A stretch of 64,000 nt of DNA from assembly GCA_949372665.1 (NCBI GenBank), contig CASIAV010000031.1, positions 8,699 to 72,698 of the forward strand. The letters are read 5' to 3'. Within the stretch, counting starts at the first letter, position 1. Every line of letters starts with the position of its first letter. This document shows, one piece after another, positions 38,401 through 47,482 of this stretch. The notes below the pieces were generated by a model. It was not told where the DNA came from. It made no database searches and saw only the letters and a program-made list of their open reading frames with translations. The stretch is from an uncultured Verrucomicrobiales bacterium (lineage in GTDB: Bacteria; Verrucomicrobiota; Verrucomicrobiia; Verrucomicrobiales; Akkermansiaceae). The translations under genes and the position numbers were made by a program.

Positions 38401-39910
38401 TCAGGCGATGGAGTTGCGAATGAAGTATGATGATGGTTTTGTCGTTTACCTCAACGGCACCAAGATCGCATCAGAAAAAGCGCCGTCTAATCCTGCTTGG
38501 AACTCGATTGCTACTGCTGGCTATGAAGCTGACCCCTTAGAGTATGATACCTGGAATGTTAGCGCATCCCTTGGTGCACTCAGACCTGGGACCAATGTCC
38601 TTGCGATCCATGGCATGAATCGGTCTTTGGGGAGTAGCGACCTAATCTTCATGCCGGAATTGCATGGTGGTATCGCTGATTCTAACGGGAGTATTGAGCC
38701 TCTAATCGAGTTTGGCACAATCGAATTTAACCCCGTTTCGACCAATCAGGATGAAGAGTATATCGAGCTTGTGAACAACAATGGGATTGCGGTCGATGTC
38801 TCAAACTGGAAGGTTAAAGGCGGAGTTGAATTCGAAATACCTGCCGGCACGGTCATTCCTGCGGGCTGGACACTCTACCTAAGCCCGAATGCTAAGTCTT
38901 TTCGCGCTCGCACGACTGGACCTACCGGAGGGCAGGGAAATTTTGTGGTGAGCCCCTTTAAAGGACACCTCTCGAACCTTGGAGAAACGCTGACGCTTTT
39001 GGACCAACATGGTATGGAGAACAATTTTACTTCCTATGTTGGAAATCCTACCGAGCAACAAGAGCATCTCATCATTTCTGAAATCATGTATCATCCTGAG
39101 CCTGATGGACTTGCCGAGTATATCGAGTTGATGAACGTGAGTGATTCCGTAACTCTCGACCTTGCAGGTGTAAAGTTTACCAATGGTATCGATTTTGATT
39201 TTACCGGAAGCTTGGTCACCAGCTTGGCACCAGGCGGGCGGGTTCTCGTTGTGCGTGATCTCGCCGCATTTGAACTCGCTTATGGTGAAGGACTCCCAGT
39301 CGCGGGAGTCTTTGCAAACTCTACGAGCTTGAGTAATGCAGGGGAGAAGTTGAAACTTGAGGACGCCTCGAATGGCACGATCAAGGAATTCTCTTATAAC
39401 GATAAGTCGCCTTGGCCTGTAGCAGCTGACACGCTTGGCTATAGTATAACTCTTAGGGCGCCAGGTCAGAATCTCGACCCCTCTGAGCCTACTCATTGGA
39501 GAGCGAGTGTCACTCCTGGAGGAACACCTGGAAGTTCGGATGGCACTCTTCTTGCGGGTAATCCAACGGATGATCTCGACGGTGATGGATTGACTGCTCT
39601 TCTGGAACATGCGCTTGGAACCAGTGATAATGATGCGACTCAATCGGGATCTGCCAGTGCTAGCCGCATGCTTATTGATGGCATCCTTTATGATTCTTTC
39701 ACCTACACCGTGAAGGAAGTCGCTGATGATGTGCGGACATTGGTTGAGACAACCATCGACCTTCAAAACTGGAGCAATGACCCGGCCGAGCTCGTCGAGT
39801 TAGTCGTGACTTCCAATGGCGACGGAACGGTGACCCGCACCGTGCGCTTGGCGACACCTGCGGTAGTTGATAGCAGGCGTTTCTTCCGGGTCAAAGCAGA
39901 GTTACGTTAG
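35492..39910 (+). CDS. Giant secreted CotH (atypical kinase-like) protein with lamin-tail domains (LTD) and two internally repeated jelly-roll modules
   Basis: Signal peptide. LTD-type ISEFMAANDTVLADEDGDFSDWIEIHNP, IEFNPVSTNQDEEYIELVNN and ISEIMYHPEP...AEYIELMNVS. CotH-type KKSYNIDFNKSQRFRW...DLITNWADKSKVRHVMGYEIMRNAG...IDMHRKNWYIYRD. Repeated modules with DDGFVAYINGVE and DDGFVVYLNGTK. Confidence 0.85.
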   Translation: MNPNTFLLTTVLTLAGGSIFLNATPVISEFMAANDTVLADEDGDFSDWIEIHNPDGSEVDLDGYFVTDKASNLDKWRIPAVTIPAGGYLVIFASDKDRSNPEAELHASFKLPLKSGYLALVAPDAVTVLTDFGSTYPLQFEDQSYGKDSFGSVTQQQLISGTLPAKYFVPSDGSLGDTWQALPDSFNDSAWTSTTTGVGFDSGVLLDLVGDTNLGNSTLKPAMQSINASCYIRIPFTYDPNNNQIQSLSLSVNCDDGFVAYINGVESGSYNKPGNLAWNSNATGSRSDSVAAADPIVVDATAGATQVVEGVNILAIHGLNRSANSSDFLIYPELTAAVVDTSGAQREGFFNSPTPGLPNSSGQAAGPLFVNITDKPERPTAGQDLIVTAKMEAVSSPVASVTMFYRVMFGGEKTLLMNDEGTGSDALANDGIFTASIPGGDFDSGEMIRWRFEASDELGLETKIPAFKDPVDSHQYVGTVAVDPSIETKLSVVEWFVQNPARATGTGGTRGAIFYLGELYDNVFFNRHGQSTGGFPKKSYNIDFNKSQRFRWSEDAPRTKDIDLITNWADKSKVRHVMGYEIMRNAGVHAHFAYTVRVQQNAEFFSTADFVEDADNIYLKRAGLNEDGALYKAYNNTLTGSANSGFEKKNRRDENNSDLQDLINGLAQSGASLDNFTFDNVNIPMCVNMMAAAAVIRNIDMHRKNWYIYRDTGKTDEWALLPWDLDLSQGRYWRSQFNYFSNLMETNGYIETGGSVRLLSQLYSRRSTRAMFYRRVRSLHDLYLQSADTPMEERYYERRLNELSALIDPEDIAPSDAQLDFEKWGSWLHNADGGSAPAVPYTTNNPDVETMAEGVQRLRDEFLAPRRAFIYAQNSIPDAQTGQLSLAYTPLLSAGAPLTHLVPNDDSVDNSWMEFDFNDANWLAGTTGVGFDSSTKYDPLIGTDTEATMRGTHSSVYMRSEFEVADPSIYQAMELRMKYDDGFVVYLNGTKIASEKAPSNPAWNSIATAGYEADPLEYDTWNVSASLGALRPGTNVLAIHGMNRSLGSSDLIFMPELHGGIADSNGSIEPLIEFGTIEFNPVSTNQDEEYIELVNNNGIAVDVSNWKVKGGVEFEIPAGTVIPAGWTLYLSPNAKSFRARTTGPTGGQGNFVVSPFKGHLSNLGETLTLLDQHGMENNFTSYVGNPTEQQEHLIISEIMYHPEPDGLAEYIELMNVSDSVTLDLAGVKFTNGIDFDFTGSLVTSLAPGGRVLVVRDLAAFELAYGEGLPVAGVFANSTSLSNAGEKLKLEDASNGTIKEFSYNDKSPWPVAADTLGYSITLRAPGQNLDPSEPTHWRASVTPGGTPGSSDGTLLAGNPTDDLDGDGLTALLEHALGTSDNDATQSGSASASRMLIDGILYDSFTYTVKEVADDVRTLVETTIDLQNWSNDPAELVELVVTSNGDGTVTRTVRLATPAVVDSRRFFRVKAELR

Positions 39911-39932
39911 AGAAAATTTTCTTTGGGACCTC

Positions 39933-41009
39933 ATGAAGTGCTTAATTCGACAACCGCTCCGGCTTGTCTGGCCTTTGTTGTGGACGGCTTCGATTTTTGC
40001 CGATGAGATAAAAACGCTGCCTCCTCCAATCGCCAATGATACTGTCAAACCAGCAGATGACTTCACACTGATCGTCTTGCCGGACACTCAGGGTTATGCC
40101 GATACCCGGCACCGGGAGACTCAAAAACATTGGCCAGAGATGGGCGATCAGAGAGCCTGCTTTTTTGGGCAGACCGAATGGATTAAAAAAAATCACGAGG
40201 CAAGAAACATCGCCTTGGTCACACATGTGGGAGATATCACTCAGACCGAGCACGACGATGAATGGAAGATCGCGGACGCCGCTTTCAAGACGATCGAGTC
40301 TCATGTTCCTTACGTTCTCTGTTCTGGAAATCATGATATGGGTTACTTACCTCAGCTGCGCAAGACGAGCCAATCTCGAGCAAGCCAGTTCAGTCGTTAT
40401 TTTCCACCTTCACGTTTCACGAAGAACCCTTTGTATGACGCGCACTTCGCTCCTGAGAGAGAGAGGCACTTTCGGGAGGCCGGGAAAACTGAGAACTATT
40501 ACCTTTTTTTCCAAGCATGCGGGATGGACTTTTTGGTGATTACCCTTGAATTCAAACCGAGGGACGAAGCGATAGCTTGGGCAAACCAAGTGGCGGAAAG
40601 GCATCCCGGCCACCGGATTATTGTGCTCACCCATGGGTATCTCACGAAGAAAGGGCGGCTTTCAGAACCCGATGGATATCCGATCAAAGGCAACTCGGGA
40701 CAAGTAATCTGGGAAAAGTTCGTCAGCCGTCACGCCAATATCTTTCTGGTGCTTTCGGGACATGCCGGAGAGAGCCAATTGACCAGCGAGGGACGGCACG
40801 GAAACCTTGTTCACCAGATCCAATCTGATTATTGGTATTTTGATCTCCCACGAATTAAGGCGGGGAGCGGTTTCTTGCGCATCTTGACTTTCCGTCCGGG
40901 CGAGGACCGGATCCAAGTGGAGACTTACTCGCCCGTGCTGGATGAATTCCTCACCCGCCCAAGTAGCAAGTTTTCGTTACCATACGCCATGAAGAAGAAA
41001 AGTGGCTAA
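39933..41009 (+). CDS. Secreted calcineurin-like metallophosphoesterase
   Basis: Start at ATG 39933 (signal MKCLIRQPLRLVWPLLWTASIFA). LIVLPDTQGYAD, HVGDITQ, SGNHDMG, VLTHGY and LSGHAGE motifs. Confidence 0.8.
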   Translation: MKCLIRQPLRLVWPLLWTASIFADEIKTLPPPIANDTVKPADDFTLIVLPDTQGYADTRHRETQKHWPEMGDQRACFFGQTEWIKKNHEARNIALVTHVGDITQTEHDDEWKIADAAFKTIESHVPYVLCSGNHDMGYLPQLRKTSQSRASQFSRYFPPSRFTKNPLYDAHFAPERERHFREAGKTENYYLFFQACGMDFLVITLEFKPRDEAIAWANQVAERHPGHRIIVLTHGYLTKKGRLSEPDGYPIKGNSGQVIWEKFVSRHANIFLVLSGHAGESQLTSEGRHGNLVHQIQSDYWYFDLPRIKAGSGFLRILTFRPGEDRIQVETYSPVLDEFLTRPSSKFSLPYAMKKKSG

Positions 41010-41082
41010 TCCGTATCGTGATTTCTTTTTCGCCCGATCTTTCTGCCTCGACCCGGGGAAAAGGCGTCCCTATTCTTCTACG

Positions 41083-43710
41083 GTGAAACTAGCTCGAGGT
41101 TTTTTAGCAAGGCTTGCGTTTGCGGCAGCTTTCGTTGCCTCGTCGTTCGCTCACGCTGAAAAACCTTCTGCGGAGATACGCGATTTCAAAAAGGGGGTGC
41201 AACAGATCTTTGAAAAGCATTGCTACGAGTGTCACGGTCGAGAAAAGACCAAGGGGAAAGTCGATCTCACCAAGTATGCAACATGGGCGGACCTTGAGGA
41301 GGATCCCGAGTTGATTGAAGAAATGATCGAGGTCCTCGACAAAAACGAAATGCCTCCGGAAGAGGAGCTTCAGCCCACTCAGAATCAACGAGACCTTTTG
41401 ATATCAGAACTAAAAAAAGCATTTGCCAATTCTACGAAACACGATCAGCCGTTGGTTCCGATGAGGCTGCGGCGCATGAATCGCTTTGAATATGGAAACG
41501 CGGTTCGGGACCTCTTCGATCTCGAGTCATGGGTCTATTCCATCAACGATCGCATCATCCGGAATCACAGTAATTACTTCAGGCCCGAGTCGGGGAAAAT
41601 GCCCAAGGTTGTCAGAGTGGGGAATCGGATTATGGGGCTCCAGCAGTTGCTGGAAGATCGCCTGCTTGGAGTCATGGCCTTTCCCAAGGATCCTCCGGCG
41701 GAGAATGGCTTCAATAATCGTGGGGATCATTTGAGTTTGTCTCCAGTTCTCATGGAGTCGTTTTTGGAGCTGAGCAGGTCCATCGTTCATGCCGAAAATT
41801 TCGATGAGAATTGTGGGGTTTGGTATGACTTGTTTGACGACCCCTTGAGCCCAAAAGCGAAAGCTCGAAAGGCTTCGATTTCAGTGGATCGATCAGTCGC
41901 GGCCGGCAGCACCGGGCTGACGGTCAGCGCTTGGATCCGCCCCACAAATTTGTCTGATCAATGGCAGACTATCGTCCGGCGGGAGGATTCATGGCGACGC
42001 CAATTGCTGGCGATTGGCCGGACTGGGAAAACCTGGGGGCTCTGGATGGGTGCGGGGATTGCGGGAAAGTATGAGGAATTTGGAGCTGCAGTGGATCCCA
42101 AAATACTTAGCGATGGGGAGTGGCATCATGTTGCGGGAACTATCGATGGTAAAAAGATTCGTCTCTACCTGGATGGCAAGGAGGTTGGGAGCAAGCCGAT
42201 GGCTGGGAAGCTTAGCACCCAAAGTGCTGGTCCGATGTTGGTTGGGGCCCATGGCAATGAGCCTTTTCATGGTGATTTGAATGATGTCCGCCTTTACCGA
42301 TCCGGATTGAATGGACTTCAGATTCAGAGTATTGCCTCCGGCGAGAAAGGAATCGCCGGGGATGAGCTGATGGGTAGCTGGAGTTTGCCTGATGAGGCCA
42401 AGCCAAAGGTTGAACAACCAGTTGAGAGGATTGCACACGAGCGGATTGAAAAGTTCCTCTTGAAGGCCTTTCATTCACCTGCCGATGAAAAGACAGGGAA
42501 GCTCTATTCAAGATATTTTGACAAGCAGTATCAGAAGAGCGGAGATTTTACCGAAAGTATGAAGGATGTTGTCTCAGCGGCTTTAGCTTCTCCGCGATTT
42601 ATCTTTGTTCATAACGAGCGAGATGAGGTTTCACCCAATCAGGCTTCATTCAATTTAGCGACCCGTCTTTCGATGTTTTTGTGGAGCTCCATCCCGGACG
42701 AGGAATTACTTGAGCTGGCCGCTAACGGAGAACTTCAAAACGCCGAGGTCTTGAGTGAACAAGTGGATCGCATGCTTAATCACCAGCGCGTAAAGAACTT
42801 CTGTGATAGTTTTGCCCCCCAGTGGTTGAAACTGAATAATCTAGTTTCGGCCTCCCCGGACTTTAAGTCGCATCGTGACTACTACTTTGGAGGAGACGAT
42901 AAGATTTCCTATAAGCGGGGAATGCATATGATGCTGGAGCCACTCTTGAATTTTGAGACGGTCTTTATCGAGAACAGACCGATCTCTGACCTGATTGATT
43001 CGGACTTTACCTACCGGAGCCATTTACTGAGCGAATGGTATCAGGGCAGGGCTGCCACTTATTCGATCAACGTAAATCTACGTGATATCGAATACACGCG
43101 AAGACCCGTTACGGACAGAAGGAATGGAGGTGTCATGACGACAGGAGCGGTGATGGTAATGACCTCCAGTCCATTTCGATCACTCCCGATCACGCGTGGC
43201 TCATGGGTTTCATCTGTCATTTTTAATGACCCTCCTGAGCCACCACCCGATGACATCCCTGACTTGCGGGCGGATGACAAAACGCTTCAAAAGGAGGGCC
43301 TGACTGTTCGACAGAAACTTAATCAACACAGCAGTGATGCTCAGTGCGCGAGCTGTCACGTAAAGATTGATCCCTTTGGCTTTGCCTTGGAAAACTACGA
43401 TCTGCTAGGCCGGTGGCGGGATCACTATCGTACCGGATTAAGGGTAGATGCGAGTGGAAAGTTGTTTGGGAAACACGAGTTCACAGATGTCGTGGGATTC
43501 AAGGATGCCATCTTGGCTGAGGAGGATCTCTTCGCGAAGGCCTTCATTGGGCACCTCTTGTCATATGCCCTGGGGCGTGAGCTCACCTTGGCGGATCGCA
43601 TTGCGACAGGTGAAATTGCCGATACAAGTCGTTCAGGCGGCTACCAAATGCGAGACGTCATCAAAAATATTGCAGTCCATCCTATTATCACTCAAATTAC
43701 GAAGCCATGA
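41083..43710 (+). CDS. Large secreted two-CxxCH protein of DUF1587/1595/1592/1588/1585 type with a LamG insert
   Basis: The start is uncertain. GTG 41083 gives the signal-like VKLARGFLARLAFAAAFVASSFAHA. The track start is GTG 41002. CYECHGRE. RRMNRFEYGNAVRDLF. LamG-type GDLNDVRLYRSGL. SPRFIFV. LPITRGSWVSSVIFNDPPEPPP. CASCHVKIDPFGFALENYD. Confidence 0.85.
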   Translation: MKLARGFLARLAFAAAFVASSFAHAEKPSAEIRDFKKGVQQIFEKHCYECHGREKTKGKVDLTKYATWADLEEDPELIEEMIEVLDKNEMPPEEELQPTQNQRDLLISELKKAFANSTKHDQPLVPMRLRRMNRFEYGNAVRDLFDLESWVYSINDRIIRNHSNYFRPESGKMPKVVRVGNRIMGLQQLLEDRLLGVMAFPKDPPAENGFNNRGDHLSLSPVLMESFLELSRSIVHAENFDENCGVWYDLFDDPLSPKAKARKASISVDRSVAAGSTGLTVSAWIRPTNLSDQWQTIVRREDSWRRQLLAIGRTGKTWGLWMGAGIAGKYEEFGAAVDPKILSDGEWHHVAGTIDGKKIRLYLDGKEVGSKPMAGKLSTQSAGPMLVGAHGNEPFHGDLNDVRLYRSGLNGLQIQSIASGEKGIAGDELMGSWSLPDEAKPKVEQPVERIAHERIEKFLLKAFHSPADEKTGKLYSRYFDKQYQKSGDFTESMKDVVSAALASPRFIFVHNERDEVSPNQASFNLATRLSMFLWSSIPDEELLELAANGELQNAEVLSEQVDRMLNHQRVKNFCDSFAPQWLKLNNLVSASPDFKSHRDYYFGGDDKISYKRGMHMMLEPLLNFETVFIENRPISDLIDSDFTYRSHLLSEWYQGRAATYSINVNLRDIEYTRRPVTDRRNGGVMTTGAVMVMTSSPFRSLPITRGSWVSSVIFNDPPEPPPDDIPDLRADDKTLQKEGLTVRQKLNQHSSDAQCASCHVKIDPFGFALENYDLLGRWRDHYRTGLRVDASGKLFGKHEFTDVVGFKDAILAEEDLFAKAFIGHLLSYALGRELTLADRIATGEIADTSRSGGYQMRDVIKNIAVHPIITQITKP

Positions 43711-44984
43711 AATCAATCGGTCGACGAAAATTTCTTCTTGGAGCCAGCGGCAGCGCGATGGCTCTTCCTTGGTTGGAGATGTATGCCGCCGATCCAAAAA
43801 CGAAGAAGGATAAGGAGCCGCCATTGCGGTTCGCCTCGTTTTATTCACCGATGGGCTTTGTGAGGGATCATTTCTTTCCGGAGCAAGGCAGCTCTGACTT
43901 TCTGTCGATGCCCACTCTTAGCCCACTTAAAAATGTGGGGAGTAAAGTTTCCCTGATCACCGGACTATCGAGGGTGAATGTAAGAGGAGTCGATGTTCAC
44001 AATCAATGCAGTTCCTGCTACCTCTCTTCGGCTGATCCAAATGGCAAACTCAAATCGCCCTATCCGATGGACCGGACACTGGATCATATTATCGCAGACA
44101 AGGTGGGCCATCGGACCCCGATCCGGTCATTGGAGTTGAATTGTAATAGTTTCAAGGACCTTAAGGAGTCGATCTACCTCGACAATATTTCTTGGTATGG
44201 TCCAGAGCATGTTGCGACCGCGATGAAAGACCCAAGCAAGGTCTATAAACGACTTTTTAAGACGAGTAATTCGAATAAAGACATCACCGATCTAATTTTG
44301 GAAGATGCCTCTAACTTTAAAAAGAATCTGTCCTATCATGACAAGGGCAAGCTGGATGAATACTTCGATTCCGTGCGGGAAATCGAAATGCAGATCGAGA
44401 AGCTAAACGATTACTACCGCAAGCGGAAGAGAGCGGATGTCCTGGAGCCCGGCGAAGGCCCGATGACGCGTGGAGAGTACATCAAGTTGATGGGGAAGTT
44501 GCTGGTGGTGGCTTTCCAGGGTGACCTGACCCACGTAGCGACCTTCATGCTTGCTCCCGAGAGATGGGGTTCTCCACAACATTTCCATGAACTACAATTC
44601 ACCAAGTCCCATCATGGGCTCACACACGGGCAGGACAACGAAGGGGTGAAAAAGTTTTTGGTTCAAGTGGATCGATTTTATATGGAGCTCTTCGCTGAGA
44701 TATTAGAACAAATGGACGCGATCAGCGAGGGAGCTGGGACGCTTTTAGACCATTCCATGGTCACGTTAGGATCAGGACTGGGTGATGGAAAAGATCACAC
44801 CATGAATGAGCTTCCAATTATCGTGGCTGGATCAGCCAATGGCAGGATCAAGACAGGCGGCGTCCTCAATTGTCCTGAAAACACTCCTTTGGCGAATCTA
44901 TGGCTTTCGCAAGCCAAGTTGATGGGAACCGGCATGAAGCAGTTTGCTGATAGCACCGGACCATTGAATGGCTTGCTTGTTTAA
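43707..44984 (+). CDS. DUF1552 domain protein, Tat-signal
   Basis: ATGA overlap at 43707-43710. RR leader MKSIGRRKFLLGASGSAMA. FTKSHHGLTHG at the signature position. Confidence 0.85.
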   Translation: MKSIGRRKFLLGASGSAMALPWLEMYAADPKTKKDKEPPLRFASFYSPMGFVRDHFFPEQGSSDFLSMPTLSPLKNVGSKVSLITGLSRVNVRGVDVHNQCSSCYLSSADPNGKLKSPYPMDRTLDHIIADKVGHRTPIRSLELNCNSFKDLKESIYLDNISWYGPEHVATAMKDPSKVYKRLFKTSNSNKDITDLILEDASNFKKNLSYHDKGKLDEYFDSVREIEMQIEKLNDYYRKRKRADVLEPGEGPMTRGEYIKLMGKLLVVAFQGDLTHVATFMLAPERWGSPQHFHELQFTKSHHGLTHGQDNEGVKKFLVQVDRFYMELFAEILEQMDAISEGAGTLLDHSMVTLGSGLGDGKDHTMNELPIIVAGSANGRIKTGGVLNCPENTPLANLWLSQAKLMGTGMKQFADSTGPLNGLLV

Positions 44985-44995
44985 GTTTGGCCCAG

Positions 44996-45850
44996 CTACT
45001 TCTTGGAAATTTCTCCCGCGAGTTTCACATACTCGTGGCTCAGCTTTCCTTCTTCTTTGGCCGTCCATTTCCGGAAGCCGAGGGGGCGTTTGTCGAAGTT
45101 CTTGCTGGTCGTCTCACCATTCACCATCTGGATCCCTTCGTAGTCATTGACGACGAGCTTGTGGGTGTGGCCGGCGAGCATCGCGACCACTCCGTTGGTT
45201 TTAAAAAGATTGAGCAACTCCTTCCGCTTGGCGGGCTCGATGTTGTAGTAGTTTTCCTTCTCATCGGGCTCTTTGACAAAGAGCGGGTAGTGCGTCACGA
45301 CAACGACCGGGCTACCTTTTTTCTTGGCTGATTTTAATGCGGCCTTGAACCAGGTGTCGTGTTTTTCGGACTCACCTTTGAGAGGAGCCTTCCAAAGTTG
45401 CGTGTTCGCTACGACAAAGGTGTATCCCTTGTGTTCGAGGGTGAAGTAATCCTTCCCAATTTTTTCGCGATAGTTCTTGAGAGATTCCGCGGTGGGTTTG
45501 TTTCCAACATCGTGATTTCCAGCGGCACAGTGGCAGGGGATTTTGAAGCCACCTTTGATCCGGTTGAAGTCAGCAAAGGATTTTTCGTTGGCCTTGCCGA
45601 CGAGATCACCGCAGATGAGGACGAAATCGGGAGCCATTTTATTGATCTGCTTGACCGCGAGTTCGAAGGTTTGCACATCGTGCTCGTAGCCGCCCATGCC
45701 GAGTTGAGTGTCGCACATTTGGATAAAGGTGAATTCCTTCGAGGGGTCCTCCTTGGCTACTTCTTCAGCCATTCCCGGGTGATTGATGAAAGCAAGAGAG
45801 GCCACCAGAGCGGTAGCGGCCAGTAGAGGGAGGGCACGGGAAAAGTTCAT
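44996..45850 (-). CDS. Secreted calcineurin-like metallophosphoesterase
   Basis: Signal peptide. FIQMCDTQLG, ICGDLV, AAGNHD, VVVTHYP and LAGHTHK motifs. Confidence 0.8.
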   Translation of the reverse strand: MNFSRALPLLAATALVASLAFINHPGMAEEVAKEDPSKEFTFIQMCDTQLGMGGYEHDVQTFELAVKQINKMAPDFVLICGDLVGKANEKSFADFNRIKGGFKIPCHCAAGNHDVGNKPTAESLKNYREKIGKDYFTLEHKGYTFVVANTQLWKAPLKGESEKHDTWFKAALKSAKKKGSPVVVVTHYPLFVKEPDEKENYYNIEPAKRKELLNLFKTNGVVAMLAGHTHKLVVNDYEGIQMVNGETTSKNFDKRPLGFRKWTAKEEGKLSHEYVKLAGEISKK

Positions 45851-45931
45851 GAGGTCCTTTGGGTAAATGGCGGGGTTCGATTCGTCTAGGTGCGAATATC
45901 GGAGTGAATTGGCTAGAATGAATTCGCGATG

Positions 45932-47482
45932 CTAGTCGCTCGGGATCCGGTTGAGAGTATACCAAGCTTGAGGGTGCTTTAGCCTTTGACCTAACTTTGA
46001 CCTCAACCCTTGGGTGGTTAGCTCAAAGACATAATTGGTTCTTAGATTTTCGACCTTAAAGCGGACTGATCTTCCGCCCATGGAAGTTTTAATCCCACTG
46101 ATTTTATGCCGAGCAGGATTGATCTCGTCACCACCGTAACGAGAGGAATATTGGTAAGTAAAACTACTCACCTTAAGTGACTCGGGGGTCAATGAATCGG
46201 GATGGAGTGGCTCGGTAAAAACCAATTCGAAGCCGTCGGGCTGGGCTTTCATCTCCTTGATTGCAAATGGTGTTTTTTGATTAAAGGTAATCCGCTGTAG
46301 TCCATAACTCCGATTCCCTAGAGACGACCAACCACGGTTGCTCATTCCAACAAACAGCGAGCCATCAGGTGCAAATTGAAGGCGCAAGACTGCTGCGGGG
46401 AAGTGATTTAAGAAAGGGAAGCAAGCCCCTTGATACTGTCCATCCACTTCCTCCAAAAAGACACGATTCACCGCGGAGTTGGTAAACTCACCGATCAGTA
46501 ATTGTCCGTCGAAGGGACCAAACTTGCCGTCTTGGTCGATAAGTTGCACATCAGTCGCAGACCGCCCCATCTTATTGTAGGGCAGCCAAACTGCGGGTGG
46601 GACAAATCTCTCTGAGCTAGTGAGCGCTTCTCCATAGGCTTGATTTGGCTCGGGAATCACCTTCATTTCAAAGGGAGCTTCTGGCGACTTGAGGCTGGCG
46701 AGCGATTCCTGATTTCCATAAAAGACGCCGGGCCTGAGATGGTAAATTGGAGTGGCTGGAATCCAGGTCCCTTGTTGGTCCGAGAAGAATAAGTCCCCTT
46801 TCAAATTTGCTCCCATCCCAGAAGGCGAACGCATCCCTAAGGCTTTGGGCTGGAAGGAGCCGTCCTTGCTAATCGTTCCAGCCCAACCACGCCAGCCGAT
46901 GTGATTATTCGCTAGCTTTCCCATGCCAAGGTTGAGGGACACCCAGAGGTTGCCATTTCCGTCGCGAGCTGGGCCGTAAGCATAGGCGTGGTAGTTGCCC
47001 GAGACATTCCAGCCGTCACACTCGGTGAGATAAGCATCCGCCTCTCCATTATTATTGCTATCTCGGAGACGTGTTACTTCACCCCGTTGGGCCACCAAAA
47101 GATCCATCCCATCTTTTAGCAATCCAAGCGGTTCATGTAGTCCGGAAGCGAAGAGCTTGAAATTGATTTTATTACGATCGGTAGACAAGGGATTCTCGAG
47201 CATCCAGATTTCTCCCTTGCGAATACAAACTGCCAACTTGTCCTCAATCCATTCCATGCCACTGACCTCCATGGGGATACCCTCACTGGGTTTCCACGCC
47301 GGATCGCGGGAATCTTTTTCGCCACCTGCGGCGAGGATTTCGAAGCGCTCGTATGATCTGGGAATTTTCGTCTCTTCTGCCTGAGTGACCAATGTGATCG
47401 AGATGACTAGGGCAAGCTGAAGTAGCGCCTTGGCCCTTTTAGGTTGATCGAGAAGGCGTCGACTCAAATTTCTCATTTCCAT
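45932..47482 (-). CDS. Secreted beta-propeller protein (glucose/sorbosone-dehydrogenase-like, PVC type) without its own heme domain
   Basis: Signal peptide. GLHEPLGLLKDGMDLLVAQRGEVTRLRDSNNNGEADAY. The C-terminal beta-sandwich is homologous to the remnant at 1677-2045. The second Met (47476) forms an ATGA overlap with the upstream stop. Confidence 0.7.
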   Translation of the reverse strand: MEMRNLSRRLLDQPKRAKALLQLALVISITLVTQAEETKIPRSYERFEILAAGGEKDSRDPAWKPSEGIPMEVSGMEWIEDKLAVCIRKGEIWMLENPLSTDRNKINFKLFASGLHEPLGLLKDGMDLLVAQRGEVTRLRDSNNNGEADAYLTECDGWNVSGNYHAYAYGPARDGNGNLWVSLNLGMGKLANNHIGWRGWAGTISKDGSFQPKALGMRSPSGMGANLKGDLFFSDQQGTWIPATPIYHLRPGVFYGNQESLASLKSPEAPFEMKVIPEPNQAYGEALTSSERFVPPAVWLPYNKMGRSATDVQLIDQDGKFGPFDGQLLIGEFTNSAVNRVFLEEVDGQYQGACFPFLNHFPAAVLRLQFAPDGSLFVGMSNRGWSSLGNRSYGLQRITFNQKTPFAIKEMKAQPDGFELVFTEPLHPDSLTPESLKVSSFTYQYSSRYGGDEINPARHKISGIKTSMGGRSVRFKVENLRTNYVFELTTQGLRSKLGQRLKHPQAWYTLNRIPSD

